Counted from the stretch's first letter, positions 1 to 12,379 are shown. The stretch is DNA of 64,000 nucleotides from an uncultured Demequinaceae bacterium (GCA_964564915.1 CAZMCU010000003.1:2676-66675); one strand, 5' to 3'. Program-made: numbers and translations. Notes: generated from the letters alone by a model not told the origin.

Positions 1-1323
1 ACCCTCACGACGATGGGCATTCTCTCCACCTCATTCTTCGCGGGCATGACCGCGCTCGCGCTCTTCACCCACGTCCACTACGCGGAGACCCAGTGCGATC
101 TGATCGGATGGACGGAGTGCGCGGACGAACCCCAACGCAGCGTGATCGCCCAGATCGCGGCGGCTGTCTATGGCAGCGACCACCACATCATGTTCTACGC
201 GGTTCAGATCACGACCGCTCTCATCTTGCTCCTCGCGGCCAACACCGCCTTCAACGGCTTCCCTCTGCTGAGTTCCGTCCTCGCCCGCGACGGCTACGCC
301 CCCAAGGCGTTACGGACGCGCGGGGACCGGCTCGTCTTCTCCAACGGGGTCATCAGCCTCGGGGTCGCGGCATCGGGACTGCTCATCCTCTACCAAGCGG
401 ATCTGACCAAGCTGATCCAGCTATACATCATCGGGGTATTCATCAGCTTCACCCTCGGCCAGACGGGGATGGTCATCCATTGGACTCGTGAACTGCGCGA
501 AAAGGGCGTGCCTCGCCGTGAGGGAAACATCAGCAGGGCCATCAATACGGTCGGAATGCTCTCGACGGGAAGCGTGCTGTGCATCGTCACGATCACCAAG
601 TTCGTCCATGGAGCCTGGCTCGTCTTCGCAGCCATGCCGATCCTGATTTGGATCATGTTCCAAACGCGGCAGTACTACCGCCACGTGGACAACCAGATCC
701 GGGTCGATGGGAAGACCGAGTTCGGATCGTCGGGGGACCATGCAATCGTCCTGGTTGGACGACTCCACAAGCCCGTACTCAAGGCACTCGACTACGCCAT
801 CGCCGCCAACCATAAGTCGCTTGAGGCCGTCCACGTCAACATGGACGAGATCGGGGCGGAGAGGCTCAAGCGTGCATGGAAGCGCCAGCACATCCTCATC
901 CCCCTCCGGATCATCCCGTCGCCGTATCGCGACGTTAGCGAGCCACTCATCGACTACATCCGCGCGCATCGCGAGTCGAACGGCTCCGAGGTCATCACCG
1001 TCTACGTCCCCCAATACATCTATGGTCACTGGTGGGAGGGGTTTCTTCACAACAGGCGAACCCAGCGTGTGCGCAACCGCCTCATGCTCTTCCCTGGGGT
1101 CGAGGTGACGCTCGTTCCCTGGCTCCTCGACTCGTCGCGCTACCTCTACACTCGGCCGGATCGACCGCTGCCCGGCCAGGTGCGTCGTGGAGAGCCCATT
1201 TCCCCACCGCGACCCGGTCGGTCGACCAAGCCGCGAAAGAACCCCCCGAAAGTCCGAAAAGACGGAACGCCCGCAAACACGCGGAGCACGGACACCCCTT
1301 CGACCCCTCCAGGGAAGCGATAG
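1..1323 (+). CDS. APC-superfamily-like permease, C-terminal part (5-prime partial), with soluble C-terminal domain and basic Pro/Lys/Arg tail
   Basis: The frame is open from nt 1 (ACC CTC ACG ACG ATG has no stop), so the gene continues upstream. It has several hydrophobic TM-like stretches (ITTALILLLAANTAFNGFPLL, LIQLYIIGVFISFTLG, VLCIVTITKFVHGAWLVFAAMPILIWIMF), then about 200 aa of soluble sequence. The family call is from memory of actinobacterial amino-acid/cation permeases. Confidence 0.6.
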   Translation, partial: TLTTMGILSTSFFAGMTALALFTHVHYAETQCDLIGWTECADEPQRSVIAQIAAAVYGSDHHIMFYAVQITTALILLLAANTAFNGFPLLSSVLARDGYAPKALRTRGDRLVFSNGVISLGVAASGLLILYQADLTKLIQLYIIGVFISFTLGQTGMVIHWTRELREKGVPRREGNISRAINTVGMLSTGSVLCIVTITKFVHGAWLVFAAMPILIWIMFQTRQYYRHVDNQIRVDGKTEFGSSGDHAIVLVGRLHKPVLKALDYAIAANHKSLEAVHVNMDEIGAERLKRAWKRQHILIPLRIIPSPYRDVSEPLIDYIRAHRESNGSEVITVYVPQYIYGHWWEGFLHNRRTQRVRNRLMLFPGVEVTLVPWLLDSSRYLYTRPDRPLPGQVRRGEPISPPRPGRSTKPRKNPPKVRKDGTPANTRSTDTPSTPPGKR

Positions 1324-1336
1324 GCTCGCGACTGTG
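1321..1336 (+). promoter_or_regulatory. putative -10 box (TAGGCT) 7 nt before the GTG of the TipAS gene (leaderless architecture)
   Basis: TAnnnT hexamer at 1321-1326 with no SD. The pattern recurs across the window. Confidence 0.3.
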
Positions 1337-1750
1337 ACCGACGATTCCGCAGATCGCGCCATCGAAGGCCTTGACAATACCGAGTACGAGCACGAAGCCC
1401 ACGCCCGCTGGGGTGGGGATGCTGTCGAGCGGTCGAATGCCGCGTGGCTCGCGCTGGGGCCGGATGGGCAACAAGAGCACATGGCCAAACACGTCCGCGT
1501 GGCTCGCAACCTCGCCGAGCATGCGGCGGAATATGCCGATCCCGGGTCCGAGGCCGTCCAGTCACTCGTCTCCCTCCACTACGACTGGATATCCCTCTTC
1601 TGGACGCCCGACCGCGAAGCCTACGAGGGCCTCGCGGACATGTACGTCGAGGATCACCGCTTCCGCGCGAACTACGACAAGTTCGGGGACGGCACGGCGG
1701 AGTTGCTGCGCGACGCGATCAAGATCTGGGCGGACACGAACCTGACCTAA
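1334..1750 (+). CDS. stand-alone TipAS antibiotic-recognition domain protein (no MerR HTH)
   Basis: The sequence EYEHEAHARWGGDAVERS...HYDWISLFWTPDREAYEGLADMYVEDHRFRANYDKFGDGTAELLRDAI matches the TipAS/Mta C-terminal domain pattern. I chose the in-frame GTG at 1334, 7 nt after a TAGGCT -10-like box. The upstream ORF part overlaps the permease gene. Confidence 0.65.
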   Translation: MTDDSADRAIEGLDNTEYEHEAHARWGGDAVERSNAAWLALGPDGQQEHMAKHVRVARNLAEHAAEYADPGSEAVQSLVSLHYDWISLFWTPDREAYEGLADMYVEDHRFRANYDKFGDGTAELLRDAIKIWADTNLT

Positions 1751-1765
1751 CGAGGTTGGGGCAGA

Positions 1766-2740
1766 TCAGGACCTGAAGGTGACCTCACCGCTGGGCCCAT
1801 CGGTTGTGGGTCCGACCGCGACGACGTTTTCCGGTTCGCGGCCCTCGCGCAATGCCTCGACCTGACGGCGGAGTAGCGCGGCGAAGCGGGGATCGGCGGC
1901 ACGAACGGCACCACCGAGGTGCGGGGTGATGAGGACACCGGGAGCGCGCCACAGCGGGTGCTCGGGGGGCAGCGGTTCGGGATCGGTGACGTCGAGCGCC
2001 GCGCGGAGACGACCGGAGGAAACCTCCGCGAGAAGCGCCTCCGTATCGACGACCTTTCCACGGCCGACGTTCACCAGGAGTGCCCCGTCCGGCATCGCCG
2101 CCAGGAAACCCGGACCCACCAACCGGTCGGTTTCGACCGTGTGGGGGGTGACGACGAAGACGATCTCCGCCCGCGCGAGCAAGGAGGTCAATTCCTCCGT
2201 GCCGTGGACGACGCGGCCATCCGCTTCCGTTCGTGGCGTGCGCGCCACCGCCGTCACCTCGGCCTCCATCGCGTCGAGCCTCCGACCGATCGCCTTCCCG
2301 ATGCTCCCGTACCCCACGATGAGACAGCGGCGATCGGCGAGCGACGTGAGTTCGCGCCACCTCCACGTCGCTGTCTCCATGTCTCGCGCGGCGTCGTCGA
2401 TCCCCCGGAGGACGGCAATCGCGAGGCCGATCGCCATTTCCGATGTCCCGGCGTCGTGAACACCTCGAGCGTTCGCAAGCGGCACCCCTTCTGGCGTGTG
2501 CTCGATCGCGTGTTCGTAGCCCGCAGACGGGATCTGAAGGAGCCGGAGGTTCGGGAGGACGTGCGTCCGGCGCAGCAGGGTGCCTCCGCCCTCGTAGTAG
2601 GGAACGGCAACGATGGTGATGGCTTCGCGCTCCGCTTCGGGGGCGTCCCCGTGCAGGTCCCACACGACGACCCGAACGTCGGGGCCGAGGTCACCGAGAA
2701 GCGGGATGAACCGCTCGTCGGGAACGGAAAGCGTGATCAC
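1766..2740 (-). CDS. D-isomer-specific 2-hydroxyacid dehydrogenase family, NAD-binding
   Basis: Contains the Rossmann motif LIVGYGSIGKAIGRRL, and VNVGRGKVVDTEAL plus DVTDPEPLP...ITPHLGG typical of the D-2-HDH family. GTG start. Confidence 0.8.
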   Translation of the reverse strand: MITLSVPDERFIPLLGDLGPDVRVVVWDLHGDAPEAEREAITIVAVPYYEGGGTLLRRTHVLPNLRLLQIPSAGYEHAIEHTPEGVPLANARGVHDAGTSEMAIGLAIAVLRGIDDAARDMETATWRWRELTSLADRRCLIVGYGSIGKAIGRRLDAMEAEVTAVARTPRTEADGRVVHGTEELTSLLARAEIVFVVTPHTVETDRLVGPGFLAAMPDGALLVNVGRGKVVDTEALLAEVSSGRLRAALDVTDPEPLPPEHPLWRAPGVLITPHLGGAVRAADPRFAALLRRQVEALREGREPENVVAVGPTTDGPSGEVTFRS

Positions 2741-2792
2741 CCCGCTAGTCTGCCATCCTCGCCGAGAAGGAAATCGACGCCGTGGCGCGAGG

Positions 2793-4331
2793 TCAGCCCT
2801 CGACCCCCGCCCGCTGGAGGATGATCTCGCGGACGCGCCCGGCGTCGGCCTGGCCCCCCGTCGCCTTCATGACTGCCCCGACGATGGCCCCGGCTGCGGC
2901 AACCTTGCCCTCGCGGATCTTGTTGAACACCTCGGGTTGGGCGGCGAGCGCCTCGTCCACGGCCTTCTCGAGGGCGGAATCGTCGGACACGACCGCGAGT
3001 CCACGTGCGGCGACAACGGCGGAGGGCGACCCCTCCCCCGCGAGCGTCCCCGCGAGAGCCTGACGAGCGAGCTTGTCGTTGAGCCCACCGGAGTCGACCA
3101 ACCCCTGAAGCTCGGCGATGTCGGTCGGTGTCACCGGCAGGTCGGCCAACTCGACGCTTTGCTCCTTCGCCGTGCGGGCCAACTCCCCCATCCACCACTT
3201 ACGCGCGGCTTGGGGCGCCACCCCCGCGGCGACCGTGTCCGCGATGAGCGCGATCGCGTCCGCCGCGACAACGTCGCGCATTTCCAGGTCGGCGAAGCCC
3301 CACTCCTCCTGCAATCGAGCACGCCGCTTGGCGGGAGGCTCGGGCAGGGTCGCGCGCAACTCTTGGATCCAAGCGGACGAGGGCTCGATCGGCATGAGAT
3401 CCGGCTCGGGGAAATACCGGTAATCCTCCGCCTCCTCCTTCGACCGACCGGGCGTGGTCGAGTTGGTGTCCTCGTGCCAATGGCGCGTCTCCTGGACAAC
3501 GGGCTTCCCCGCCGAAAGGAGCGCCGCCTGGCGACCCACCTCGTGATGGATGGCCTTCTCGATCGCGCGCAAGGAGTTGACGTTCTTGGTCTCGCTGCGC
3601 TTGCCGAACGGAATCGCATCCTGATCCTCCCCGGGCGCGACCTTGGCGCGCAACGAGAGGTTGACATCCGCCCGGAGTGACCCCTGCTCCATCCGACCGT
3701 CGGAAATCTCCAGTGCCTTGACAAGGTCGCGCAGGGTCGCGACGTAGGCACGGGCCACCTCGGCCGTGCGCAACCCCATCCCCGTGATGGGCTTGGACAC
3801 GATCTCGACGAGCGGCACCCCCCCGCGGTTGTAGTCGACGAGGGAGTGGTCGGCACCCTGGATGCCACCCGTGCCCCCAACGTGGGTGTTCTTCCCCGCG
3901 TCCTCCTCGATGTGCGCGCGTTCGATCCCGATCGCGACCGTTGTCCCATCGTCGAGGACGACGTCGAGCGAGCCTTCGTACGACGTGGGCTCGTCGTATT
4001 GGGAGATTTGGTAGTCCTTCGCGAGGTCGGGATAGAAATAGTTCTTGCGGGCGAATCGGCTCGACTCGCGGATCGAACACCCGAGCGCGAGACCGAGTCG
4101 GATCGCGCTCTCGACGGCCTTCTCGTTCGTCACCGGAAGCGAACCGGGAAGGCCCAGGCACACGGGGCACACGCGCGTATTCGGTTCCGCCCCGAATTCG
4201 TTCGCGCACCCGCAGAACATCTTCGTCTTGGTGTTGAGTTCAACGTGGACCTCGATCCCGAACACGGGATCGAACGTCTCGAGTGCCTCCTCGTACGCGA
4301 GCACCCTTCCCGTCGACGCCTTCGCCGTCAT
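2793..4331 (-). CDS. gatB: Asp-tRNA(Asn)/Glu-tRNA(Gln) amidotransferase subunit B
   Basis: N-terminus is [47 protein letters not shown]. The ATG at 4331 overlaps the gatA stop (ATGA). The rest of the 712-aa ORF is upstream read-through. Confidence 0.95.
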   Translation of the reverse strand: MTAKASTGRVLAYEEALETFDPVFGIEVHVELNTKTKMFCGCANEFGAEPNTRVCPVCLGLPGSLPVTNEKAVESAIRLGLALGCSIRESSRFARKNYFYPDLAKDYQISQYDEPTSYEGSLDVVLDDGTTVAIGIERAHIEEDAGKNTHVGGTGGIQGADHSLVDYNRGGVPLVEIVSKPITGMGLRTAEVARAYVATLRDLVKALEISDGRMEQGSLRADVNLSLRAKVAPGEDQDAIPFGKRSETKNVNSLRAIEKAIHHEVGRQAALLSAGKPVVQETRHWHEDTNSTTPGRSKEEAEDYRYFPEPDLMPIEPSSAWIQELRATLPEPPAKRRARLQEEWGFADLEMRDVVAADAIALIADTVAAGVAPQAARKWWMGELARTAKEQSVELADLPVTPTDIAELQGLVDSGGLNDKLARQALAGTLAGEGSPSAVVAARGLAVVSDDSALEKAVDEALAAQPEVFNKIREGKVAAAGAIVGAVMKATGGQADAGRVREIILQRAGVEG

Positions 4332-5857
4332 GGCGTCACCTCCAACGTGGGAGCCTGCGTCAGAAGCGTCCCCGCCCACAACCCGATGAGCGCACTCTCC
4401 AGCGCCGCCCCCACCCGATAGAGGCGGTCGTCGTGCCGAGCGGGGGCGAGGATCTGGAGCCCAACGGGCAACCCGTCCTCCGGGGCTAACCCGATCGGCA
4501 GCGACATCCCCGGGATCCCCGCGAGGTTCGCCGGAATCGTCGCGATGTCGTTGAGGTACATCGTCAAGGGATCGTTCACCTGCTCGCCGAGCTTGAACGC
4601 CGTTGTGGGACAGGTAGGCGAGACCAGGACATCGACGGAACCGAATGCGTCCGCGAAGTCTCGTTGGATGAGGGTCCGGACCTTCTGGGCGCTCCCGTAG
4701 TACGCGTCGTAGTACCCAGCCGATAGCGCGTACGTCCCGAGGATGATGCGGCGCTTGACCTCGTCGCCGAACCCGGCGGCGCGCGTCGTCCCCATCACCC
4801 GCTCGATCGTTCCGCTTCCGTCGTCGACCCTCAGTCCAAACCGAACGGCATCGTACTTGGCGAGGTTGGAGGACGCCTCCGACGGGAGGATCAGGTAGTA
4901 GGCGGCCAACGCGTAGGCGAAACTCGGGCACGAGACTTCGGTGACCGTTGCCCCCGCGGAGCGCAACTGCTGGATAGCCTCGTCGAATCGCTGCCGAACC
5001 CCCGGTTGAAAACCTTCCCCGGTCAGATCCTTGATGACACCAATCCGCACACCCTCAAGCCCATGATCGCGGCCCCTGTTTGCCGCGGAGAGGACCGGGG
5101 GCACGTCGTCCGGAAGGCTCGTGGAATCCCGGGGGTCGTGACCGGCGATCACCTCATGGAGGAGCGCGGCATCGTGCACGGTCCTCGCACACGGCCCGAC
5201 CTGGTCGAGGGAGGATGCGAGCGCGATCACCCCGTAGCGACTCACCGCACCGTAGGTGGGCTTGACCCCAACCGTCCCGGTGACGGACGCCGGCTGCCGG
5301 ATCGAACCACCGGTGTCCGAGCCGATCGCCAGCGGGGCTTCGAACGCGGCGAGGGCCGCGGCCGAACCACCCCCGGACCCTCCGGGGATTCGCGAAAGAT
5401 CCCACGGGTTATGCGTCGGCCCAAAGCCGGAGTGCTCGGTCGACGAGCCCATGGCGAACTCGTCCATGTTCGTCTTGCCGAGGATCGGCATCCGCGCGGC
5501 ACGAATCTTCTCGGTGACGGTCGCATCGTAGGGGGGAATCCACCCCTCGAGGATGCGGGAACCCGCGGTGGTCGGGAGTCCCTTGGTGACGAGGACATCC
5601 TTGATCGCGATCGGCACCCCCGCGAGCGGCGGCAGGGGCTTCCCCGCCTCACGGTCGGCATCGACCGCGGCGGCCGTCGCGAGCGCGCCCTCCGCGTCGA
5701 CGTGAAGGAAGGCGTGAACGTCGCCTTCGACCGCTGCGATCCGATCGAGCGCGGCTTGCGTCGCCTGCACCGACGTGAACTTGCCCGACTCGAAGGCATC
5801 GGCCATGGCTTGGGCGGTTAGCCGCGTAATGGAGGCGCCGTTGTGGTTCGTTACCAC
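4328..5857 (-). CDS. gatA: Asp-tRNA(Asn)/Glu-tRNA(Gln) amidotransferase subunit A
   Basis: Amidase signature [27 protein letters not shown]...[13 protein letters not shown]. The GTG at 5857 overlaps the gatC TAG (TAGTG). Confidence 0.93.
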   Translation of the reverse strand: MVTNHNGASITRLTAQAMADAFESGKFTSVQATQAALDRIAAVEGDVHAFLHVDAEGALATAAAVDADREAGKPLPPLAGVPIAIKDVLVTKGLPTTAGSRILEGWIPPYDATVTEKIRAARMPILGKTNMDEFAMGSSTEHSGFGPTHNPWDLSRIPGGSGGGSAAALAAFEAPLAIGSDTGGSIRQPASVTGTVGVKPTYGAVSRYGVIALASSLDQVGPCARTVHDAALLHEVIAGHDPRDSTSLPDDVPPVLSAANRGRDHGLEGVRIGVIKDLTGEGFQPGVRQRFDEAIQQLRSAGATVTEVSCPSFAYALAAYYLILPSEASSNLAKYDAVRFGLRVDDGSGTIERVMGTTRAAGFGDEVKRRIILGTYALSAGYYDAYYGSAQKVRTLIQRDFADAFGSVDVLVSPTCPTTAFKLGEQVNDPLTMYLNDIATIPANLAGIPGMSLPIGLAPEDGLPVGLQILAPARHDDRLYRVGAALESALIGLWAGTLLTQAPTLEVTP

Positions 5858-6153
5858 TACTCCTCCCCCAAGATCTGGGGTACGCGGAACCGACCGTCCT
5901 CCGCTGCCGGTGCCGCCGCAAGAGCGGACTCCTGGGTCAGCGAGGGGACGACGACGTCGGGTCGGTACACATTGGACATCGGGATCGGGTGCGAGGTTGC
6001 GGGGACGTGAGGGGTCGCCACCTCTTGGACCTTCGCGACGGCGTCGACGATCGCAGAGATTTGACCCGAAAGCCGATCGAGATCGGCCTCCGTCATGTCG
6101 ATGCGCGCGAGCGCGGCGAGGCGCGCCACCTCGGCGCGATCGAGCGTTGCCAT
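5857..6153 (-). CDS. gatC: Asp-tRNA(Asn)/Glu-tRNA(Gln) amidotransferase subunit C
   Basis: 98 aa beginning [34 protein letters not shown], immediately upstream of gatA. Confidence 0.9.
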   Translation of the reverse strand: MATLDRAEVARLAALARIDMTEADLDRLSGQISAIVDAVAKVQEVATPHVPATSHPIPMSNVYRPDVVVPSLTQESALAAAPAAEDGRFRVPQILGEE

Positions 6154-6179
6154 GCCCAGAGTCTAGCCGTGTGCCGGGG

Positions 6180-6755
6180 TCAGGCCGGTGGCTCCCATGC
6201 GTAGGCGAGCAAGCGACTACCGCCTTCCGAACAGGAACCGTCCGGGCGAAGGCACGAGGCGTCGCATTGAGTCTTAGCCGGGGTGAGGTTGTGGGCGGTC
6301 CAGTCGAGTTCGGGAACGCGGACGAATCCCACCTTCTCGTAGAGCGCATGCGCGGCCTTCATCGTCTCCATCGTGCTCAACACGACCCTGTTCGCACCGG
6401 CCTCGACGGCGAGGTTCAGCCCAAAGCGAGTGAGGTCCAGGCCGATCCCCTTGGCGCGCGCCAGCGGCGAGACCGCAAGCATCCTGAACTCGAAGTCATC
6501 CCCCCCGAACTCCGCGAAGGTCGTGTGAGGCGGTACGACGGTGAGGGTTCCCACCGCCGCCCCCTCCCCCTTCGCCCCGCTCGCCACCATGAGAAGGATG
6601 GCATCGGCGGCGCGCGCGTGTGCGTCGCGAAGGCGCGGGAGGTAGGGATCGGCCGAGTCGAGGAGGCCGTCCGCGAGGTAGGCGAGTGCCGTCAGTTCCC
6701 CAATCTCCGCAAGGCGAAGGGTCTGGTCGGGGGTGACGATGGCGACCTTCCTCAT
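6180..6755 (-). CDS. GNAT family N-acetyltransferase
   Basis: Acetyl-CoA binding-like segment [17 protein letters not shown]...[10 protein letters not shown]. The ATG at 6755 overlaps the upstream stop (ATGA). Confidence 0.7.
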   Translation of the reverse strand: MRKVAIVTPDQTLRLAEIGELTALAYLADGLLDSADPYLPRLRDAHARAADAILLMVASGAKGEGAAVGTLTVVPPHTTFAEFGGDDFEFRMLAVSPLARAKGIGLDLTRFGLNLAVEAGANRVVLSTMETMKAAHALYEKVGFVRVPELDWTAHNLTPAKTQCDASCLRPDGSCSEGGSRLLAYAWEPPA

Positions 6756-7240
6756 TTGCCGCCGACTAGTTTGTCCGTGAGTTTCTTGAACTCCTCCCAC
6801 TTTCCTCCGGCGAGGAGCCTCGCCTGCCGGGGCCATGTCTTGGGGTCGTGGAGGTTGTACCGCGACCCCGCCGCATCGAGGACCTTCCGCAGGTGCTCCG
6901 GGGTCGTTGCGCCCAACTCCTTCCAGGTGGAGATGCCGTCGACCTGGAGGAGGTCGTTAATTCGCGACCCGATTCCTTCGATCAGCGTGAGGTCGTCCAT
7001 CTTCACCTTCACGCCGAGGACCTTTTTCCCCGCACGGAGATCGGGGCGTCTCAGCCACGAAGGACGCTTGGGTGCCGTGGCTGCGACCGCAGCGACCGTC
7101 GCGCCCTTGGCTTTGGTGTCCTGTTCCTCCCGGGGGTGTCGGTCCCGGCACCACGCGAGGGTCACGTACCACCCGCAGAAAAGGCCAATGAGGAACGCCG
7201 GGATCAACCACGGCCACGCGTCACCGATGACGTCGAGCAT
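6752..7240 (-). CDS. membrane-anchored helix-hairpin-helix domain protein (DUF4332-like)
   Basis: N-terminal TM segment WPWLIPAFLIGLFCGWYVTLAW, followed by LTLIEGIGSRINDLLQVDGISTWKELG (an HhH GIG motif). The ATG at 7240 lies 1 nt after the OmpA-like gene stop. Confidence 0.55.
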   Translation of the reverse strand: MLDVIGDAWPWLIPAFLIGLFCGWYVTLAWCRDRHPREEQDTKAKGATVAAVAATAPKRPSWLRRPDLRAGKKVLGVKVKMDDLTLIEGIGSRINDLLQVDGISTWKELGATTPEHLRKVLDAAGSRYNLHDPKTWPRQARLLAGGKWEEFKKLTDKLVGGK

Positions 7241-7241
7241 G

Positions 7242-7985
7242 TCAGTCCTCCAAGATGTTGAGGTCGACGCGACGGTTAGCCGCGCGTCCGGCTTCGGTTT
7301 CGTTCGTCGCGATCGGTCGAGACTCACCGTAGCCGACGGCGACGAGCGCGTCGGCGGGAACCCCCTTCGAAACGAGGTAATCGCGCACGCTCGCGGCACG
7401 TTTCTCGCTCAGGGTTTGGTTGTAGTCGGCGGATAGGACCGAGTCGGTGTGCCCCGCAATCGAGAGGCGCAGGGTGGGGTCGATCTCGAGCGCGGCGATC
7501 ATGACGGTCGCGACCGTATCGAGGGCCTGAAGCGACGCGGAATCGAGTTCCGCGCTGTCAACGGCGAAGGTCACGGACTGAGGTTCCGGCAGGACGGCTT
7601 CGACCGCCTCGGCGGGGGTCGTCGGCGACGGGCTCGGCGACAGGGTGATCGTCGGCGTCGGCTGCGGGGTGACGGTGGGAGTCGGCGTTGCCGACGGCTC
7701 CGGCGTCGGTTCCACGTTGGACAGGTAGACCACGCTCGTCACGAGCCTCACCGCCCAGACGGCGCGCGTCGCGAGGCCCGAGTAGTTTGGGGGGCCCGTC
7801 AGAGTCAGTGAACGGTAGGAGGCGTCTACCGCTACCACGTCGAGCGAAGCCTTGTGCAGGGCCACCGTCGCCTGGCTCTCGATCTGGTGCTCGATCGTGT
7901 GAGCAAACCCGGCCGTTACGGCCGTCGCCGTCACCACCAGCCCGAGCGCGGGAACCCACCACTTCACACCCCGCAGATCTGCCAC
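7242..7985 (-). CDS. OmpA/MotB C-terminal domain protein with N-terminal TM anchor and Pro/Thr linker
   Basis: C-terminus is IAGHTDSVLSADYNQTLSEKRAASVRDYLVSKGVPADALVAVGYGESRPIA...NRRVDL (peptidoglycan-binding OmpA_C). Linker is EPTPEPSATPTPTVTPQPTPTITLSPSPSPTTP. GTG start with an AGGGGG SD upstream. Confidence 0.85.
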   Translation of the reverse strand: MADLRGVKWWVPALGLVVTATAVTAGFAHTIEHQIESQATVALHKASLDVVAVDASYRSLTLTGPPNYSGLATRAVWAVRLVTSVVYLSNVEPTPEPSATPTPTVTPQPTPTITLSPSPSPTTPAEAVEAVLPEPQSVTFAVDSAELDSASLQALDTVATVMIAALEIDPTLRLSIAGHTDSVLSADYNQTLSEKRAASVRDYLVSKGVPADALVAVGYGESRPIATNETEAGRAANRRVDLNILED

Positions 7986-8080
7986 CTTTGGCCCCCTGCC
8001 TTACGCCATCGAACGGTTGTGCCCTCCAGGCTAGTCGCCGAGGCAAACCTCGGCTAGCGGTGGTCCACGTCAGGAACCGC

Positions 8081-10252
<2,172 letters not shown>

Positions 10253-10311
10253 TCACCAACGCGGATACCCCACTAGTTCTATGATCGAGTCGTCCCCTCT
10301 CGGAGGTAGAT

Positions 10312-10512
10312 ATGCCGGACAACATTCCCTGGGCCGCCCTCGCGCCCGTGCTCGTGCTTCTAATGGCGTTTCTCGTGTATTGCTGGGTCGACATCGCGTA
10401 CCACCCCGTGCGGTACCTCCCCAAGTGGACATGGGCCCTCATCTGTTGCGTCATGATTCCGTTGGGGCCGATCGTCTACCTCGTCCTCGGCCGAGACCAC
10501 GGACAGGAGTAG
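10312..10512 (+). CDS. PLDc_N-type small two-TM membrane protein
   Basis: 66 aa with two hydrophobic helices flanking the conserved-looking RYLPKWTWALI...GPIVYLVLGR. GGAGG SD lies upstream. Confidence 0.6.
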   Translation: MPDNIPWAALAPVLVLLMAFLVYCWVDIAYHPVRYLPKWTWALICCVMIPLGPIVYLVLGRDHGQE

Positions 10513-10521
10513 TCCGCACCG

Positions 10522-11415
10522 GTGATCACGACCCACACCCTCACCAAGAGGTATGGTTCCACGACCGCTCTCGACGCGGTCGACCTCGTCGTACCCGACG
10601 GCTCGATCTATGGCCTCGTGGGGCCCAATGGGGCGGGGAAGACGACGCTCCTGGGGATTCTCGCCGGGCTACGCGCCCCAACGTCGGGCACCATCGCGAT
10701 CGACGCCGACTCTAGCGATGTGGCCGTCCTCTCCGATACCCCCCGCTTCGACCGCTGGCTCACGGGCTACGAGGTCGTGTCCCTCGCCCGAAACCTCACC
10801 GACCCCAACGGTTCGCCCGATCGCGTCGCGGAAGTCTTGGACGAGACGGGACTGCACAACGCCGCCAACCGACGGGTGGGCGGGTACTCGCGCGGGATGC
10901 TCCAACGGCTCGGTATCGCCGCGACGCTCGTCGGCAACCCTCGGCTCGTGCTCCTCGACGAACCCGCCTCCGCTCTCGACCCTCAGGGCCGCCGTGAAGT
11001 CCTCGACCTCATCGCCCGCCTGCGTGGCTCGGCTACCGTTCTGTTTTCCAGCCACATCCTCACGGACGTCCAGGAGGTGTGCGACACGGTCGGAATTTTA
11101 GGTAGCGGACGGCTGCTGTTCCAGGGACCGCTCCACCAGTTGCTCGTCGGTTCCGCCGTACCCCGCTACCACGTAAGACTCCGAAGCGATGCGACCCCGG
11201 TTGCCGTGGCGTTGCGCAAGGCACGTTGGGTGAAGGCCGTCGAGGTGTCGGACGGTGGGGGGCTCGTGATACAGGTGAAATCTCTCGCAGACGCCGAGAC
11301 CCACCTTCCGCAGGCGCTCGCCGACGCCAAGGCCGCGGTCGTATCGTTCGGGCCAGAGGAGGTCTCGCTGGAGCGGGCGTTCCTCGGTCTGACGGGTACG
11401 GGGGCAAAGCAATGA
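10522..11415 (+). CDS. ABC transporter ATP-binding protein (ABC-2/DrrA-like)
   Basis: Walker A GPNGAGKTT, signature YSRGMLQRLGIA, Walker B LVLLDEPASALD. GTG start. Confidence 0.9.
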   Translation: MITTHTLTKRYGSTTALDAVDLVVPDGSIYGLVGPNGAGKTTLLGILAGLRAPTSGTIAIDADSSDVAVLSDTPRFDRWLTGYEVVSLARNLTDPNGSPDRVAEVLDETGLHNAANRRVGGYSRGMLQRLGIAATLVGNPRLVLLDEPASALDPQGRREVLDLIARLRGSATVLFSSHILTDVQEVCDTVGILGSGRLLFQGPLHQLLVGSAVPRYHVRLRSDATPVAVALRKARWVKAVEVSDGGGLVIQVKSLADAETHLPQALADAKAAVVSFGPEEVSLERAFLGLTGTGAKQ

Positions 11416-12167
11416 CCCTGTGGCGGCTGGAGTGGACGCGACTCGTGCGCAGCAAGCGCTGGATCGCTCTCGTCGGCGTCTTCGTATTCTTCGGGCTGCT
11501 CGGCCCTCTCACGGCGCGATACCTCGCCCAGATCCTCCAGTTCGCTGGTACGGACTCGCAGGGCGTAACGATTACGTTCCCCGACCCCGTCCCCGCCGAC
11601 GGAATGGCCCAATACATCTCCAACGCGCTACAGATCGGCACCCTCGTCGTCGTCATCGTCGCCGCTGGTGCGCTCGCGTTCGACGCGATTCCCGAGATGG
11701 GGGTCTTCCTCCGTACCCGGGTTCCGAGCTTCTGGCGCATCCTCACCCCACGGCTCATCATCCCGTTCGTCGCTACGGCGGTGGCCTTTGTCGTCGGCAC
11801 GGTCGCGGCGTGGTACGAAACCTGGGTGCTCCTCGGCGCGCTCCCCGTTGGCGCCGTGCTGCTGGGGACCGCACTGGGCATTCTCTTCTTCGCCTTCATC
11901 ATCGCGGTCGTCGCCGCGGTTGCCCAGTGGGCGAGGAGCCTGCTGGCGACCGTCATGTGGTCGCTCGGCGTCTTTCTCGTCCTTCCGATCGTCGGGATCG
12001 TCGGCGTCCTCAAGCCCTGGATGCCCACGGTTTTAGGGAATGCCCTCACCGAACTCACGGCGGGGGCATCGGCGACCGGTTTTTGGCGGTCGACGGTCGT
12101 GGCCATCGTCGCGATTCCGGCCCTCATCTGGCTTGCCGAGCGGGGGGCACGACGCCGAGAGGCCTAG
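11412..12167 (+). CDS. ABC-2 type transporter permease
   Basis: The ATG at 11412 overlaps the ATPase stop (ATGA). About 6 hydrophobic segments. Function inferred from context. Confidence 0.7.
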   Translation: MTLWRLEWTRLVRSKRWIALVGVFVFFGLLGPLTARYLAQILQFAGTDSQGVTITFPDPVPADGMAQYISNALQIGTLVVVIVAAGALAFDAIPEMGVFLRTRVPSFWRILTPRLIIPFVATAVAFVVGTVAAWYETWVLLGALPVGAVLLGTALGILFFAFIIAVVAAVAQWARSLLATVMWSLGVFLVLPIVGIVGVLKPWMPTVLGNALTELTAGASATGFWRSTVVAIVAIPALIWLAERGARRREA

Positions 12168-12175
12168 CGCTCGTC

Positions 12176-12191
12176 ACCGGCCATTGCCGGT
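12176..12191 (+). terminator. weak hairpin after the ABC-2 permease
   Basis: ACCGGC-CATT-GCCGGT, followed by TCATTC. Confidence 0.25.
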
Positions 12192-12379
12192 CATTCACCG
12201 CTGGGGCACCACGGATTCTTCGATTTCGTGCTTCTGGCGTGCGTTTGACGGGTGGCGTGTGTCTCATTTCGCCTCTAATGTGACCCACCAATCACCGTTG
12301 CGCTTGCCCCCCCGCCAAGTCCGGGACAACGATGAAAGTGGAAATAAGAAACCGATCGACTGAGCGATCGGAGAGGACC

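Noticed and set aside
12332-12379. ATG 12332 as the sigma factor start (adds MKVEIRNRSTERSERT)
   Set aside because: No SD or -10 box precedes it, whereas ATG 12380 is preceded by GGAGAGGA. The extra 16 aa are not part of sigma region 1 or 2.
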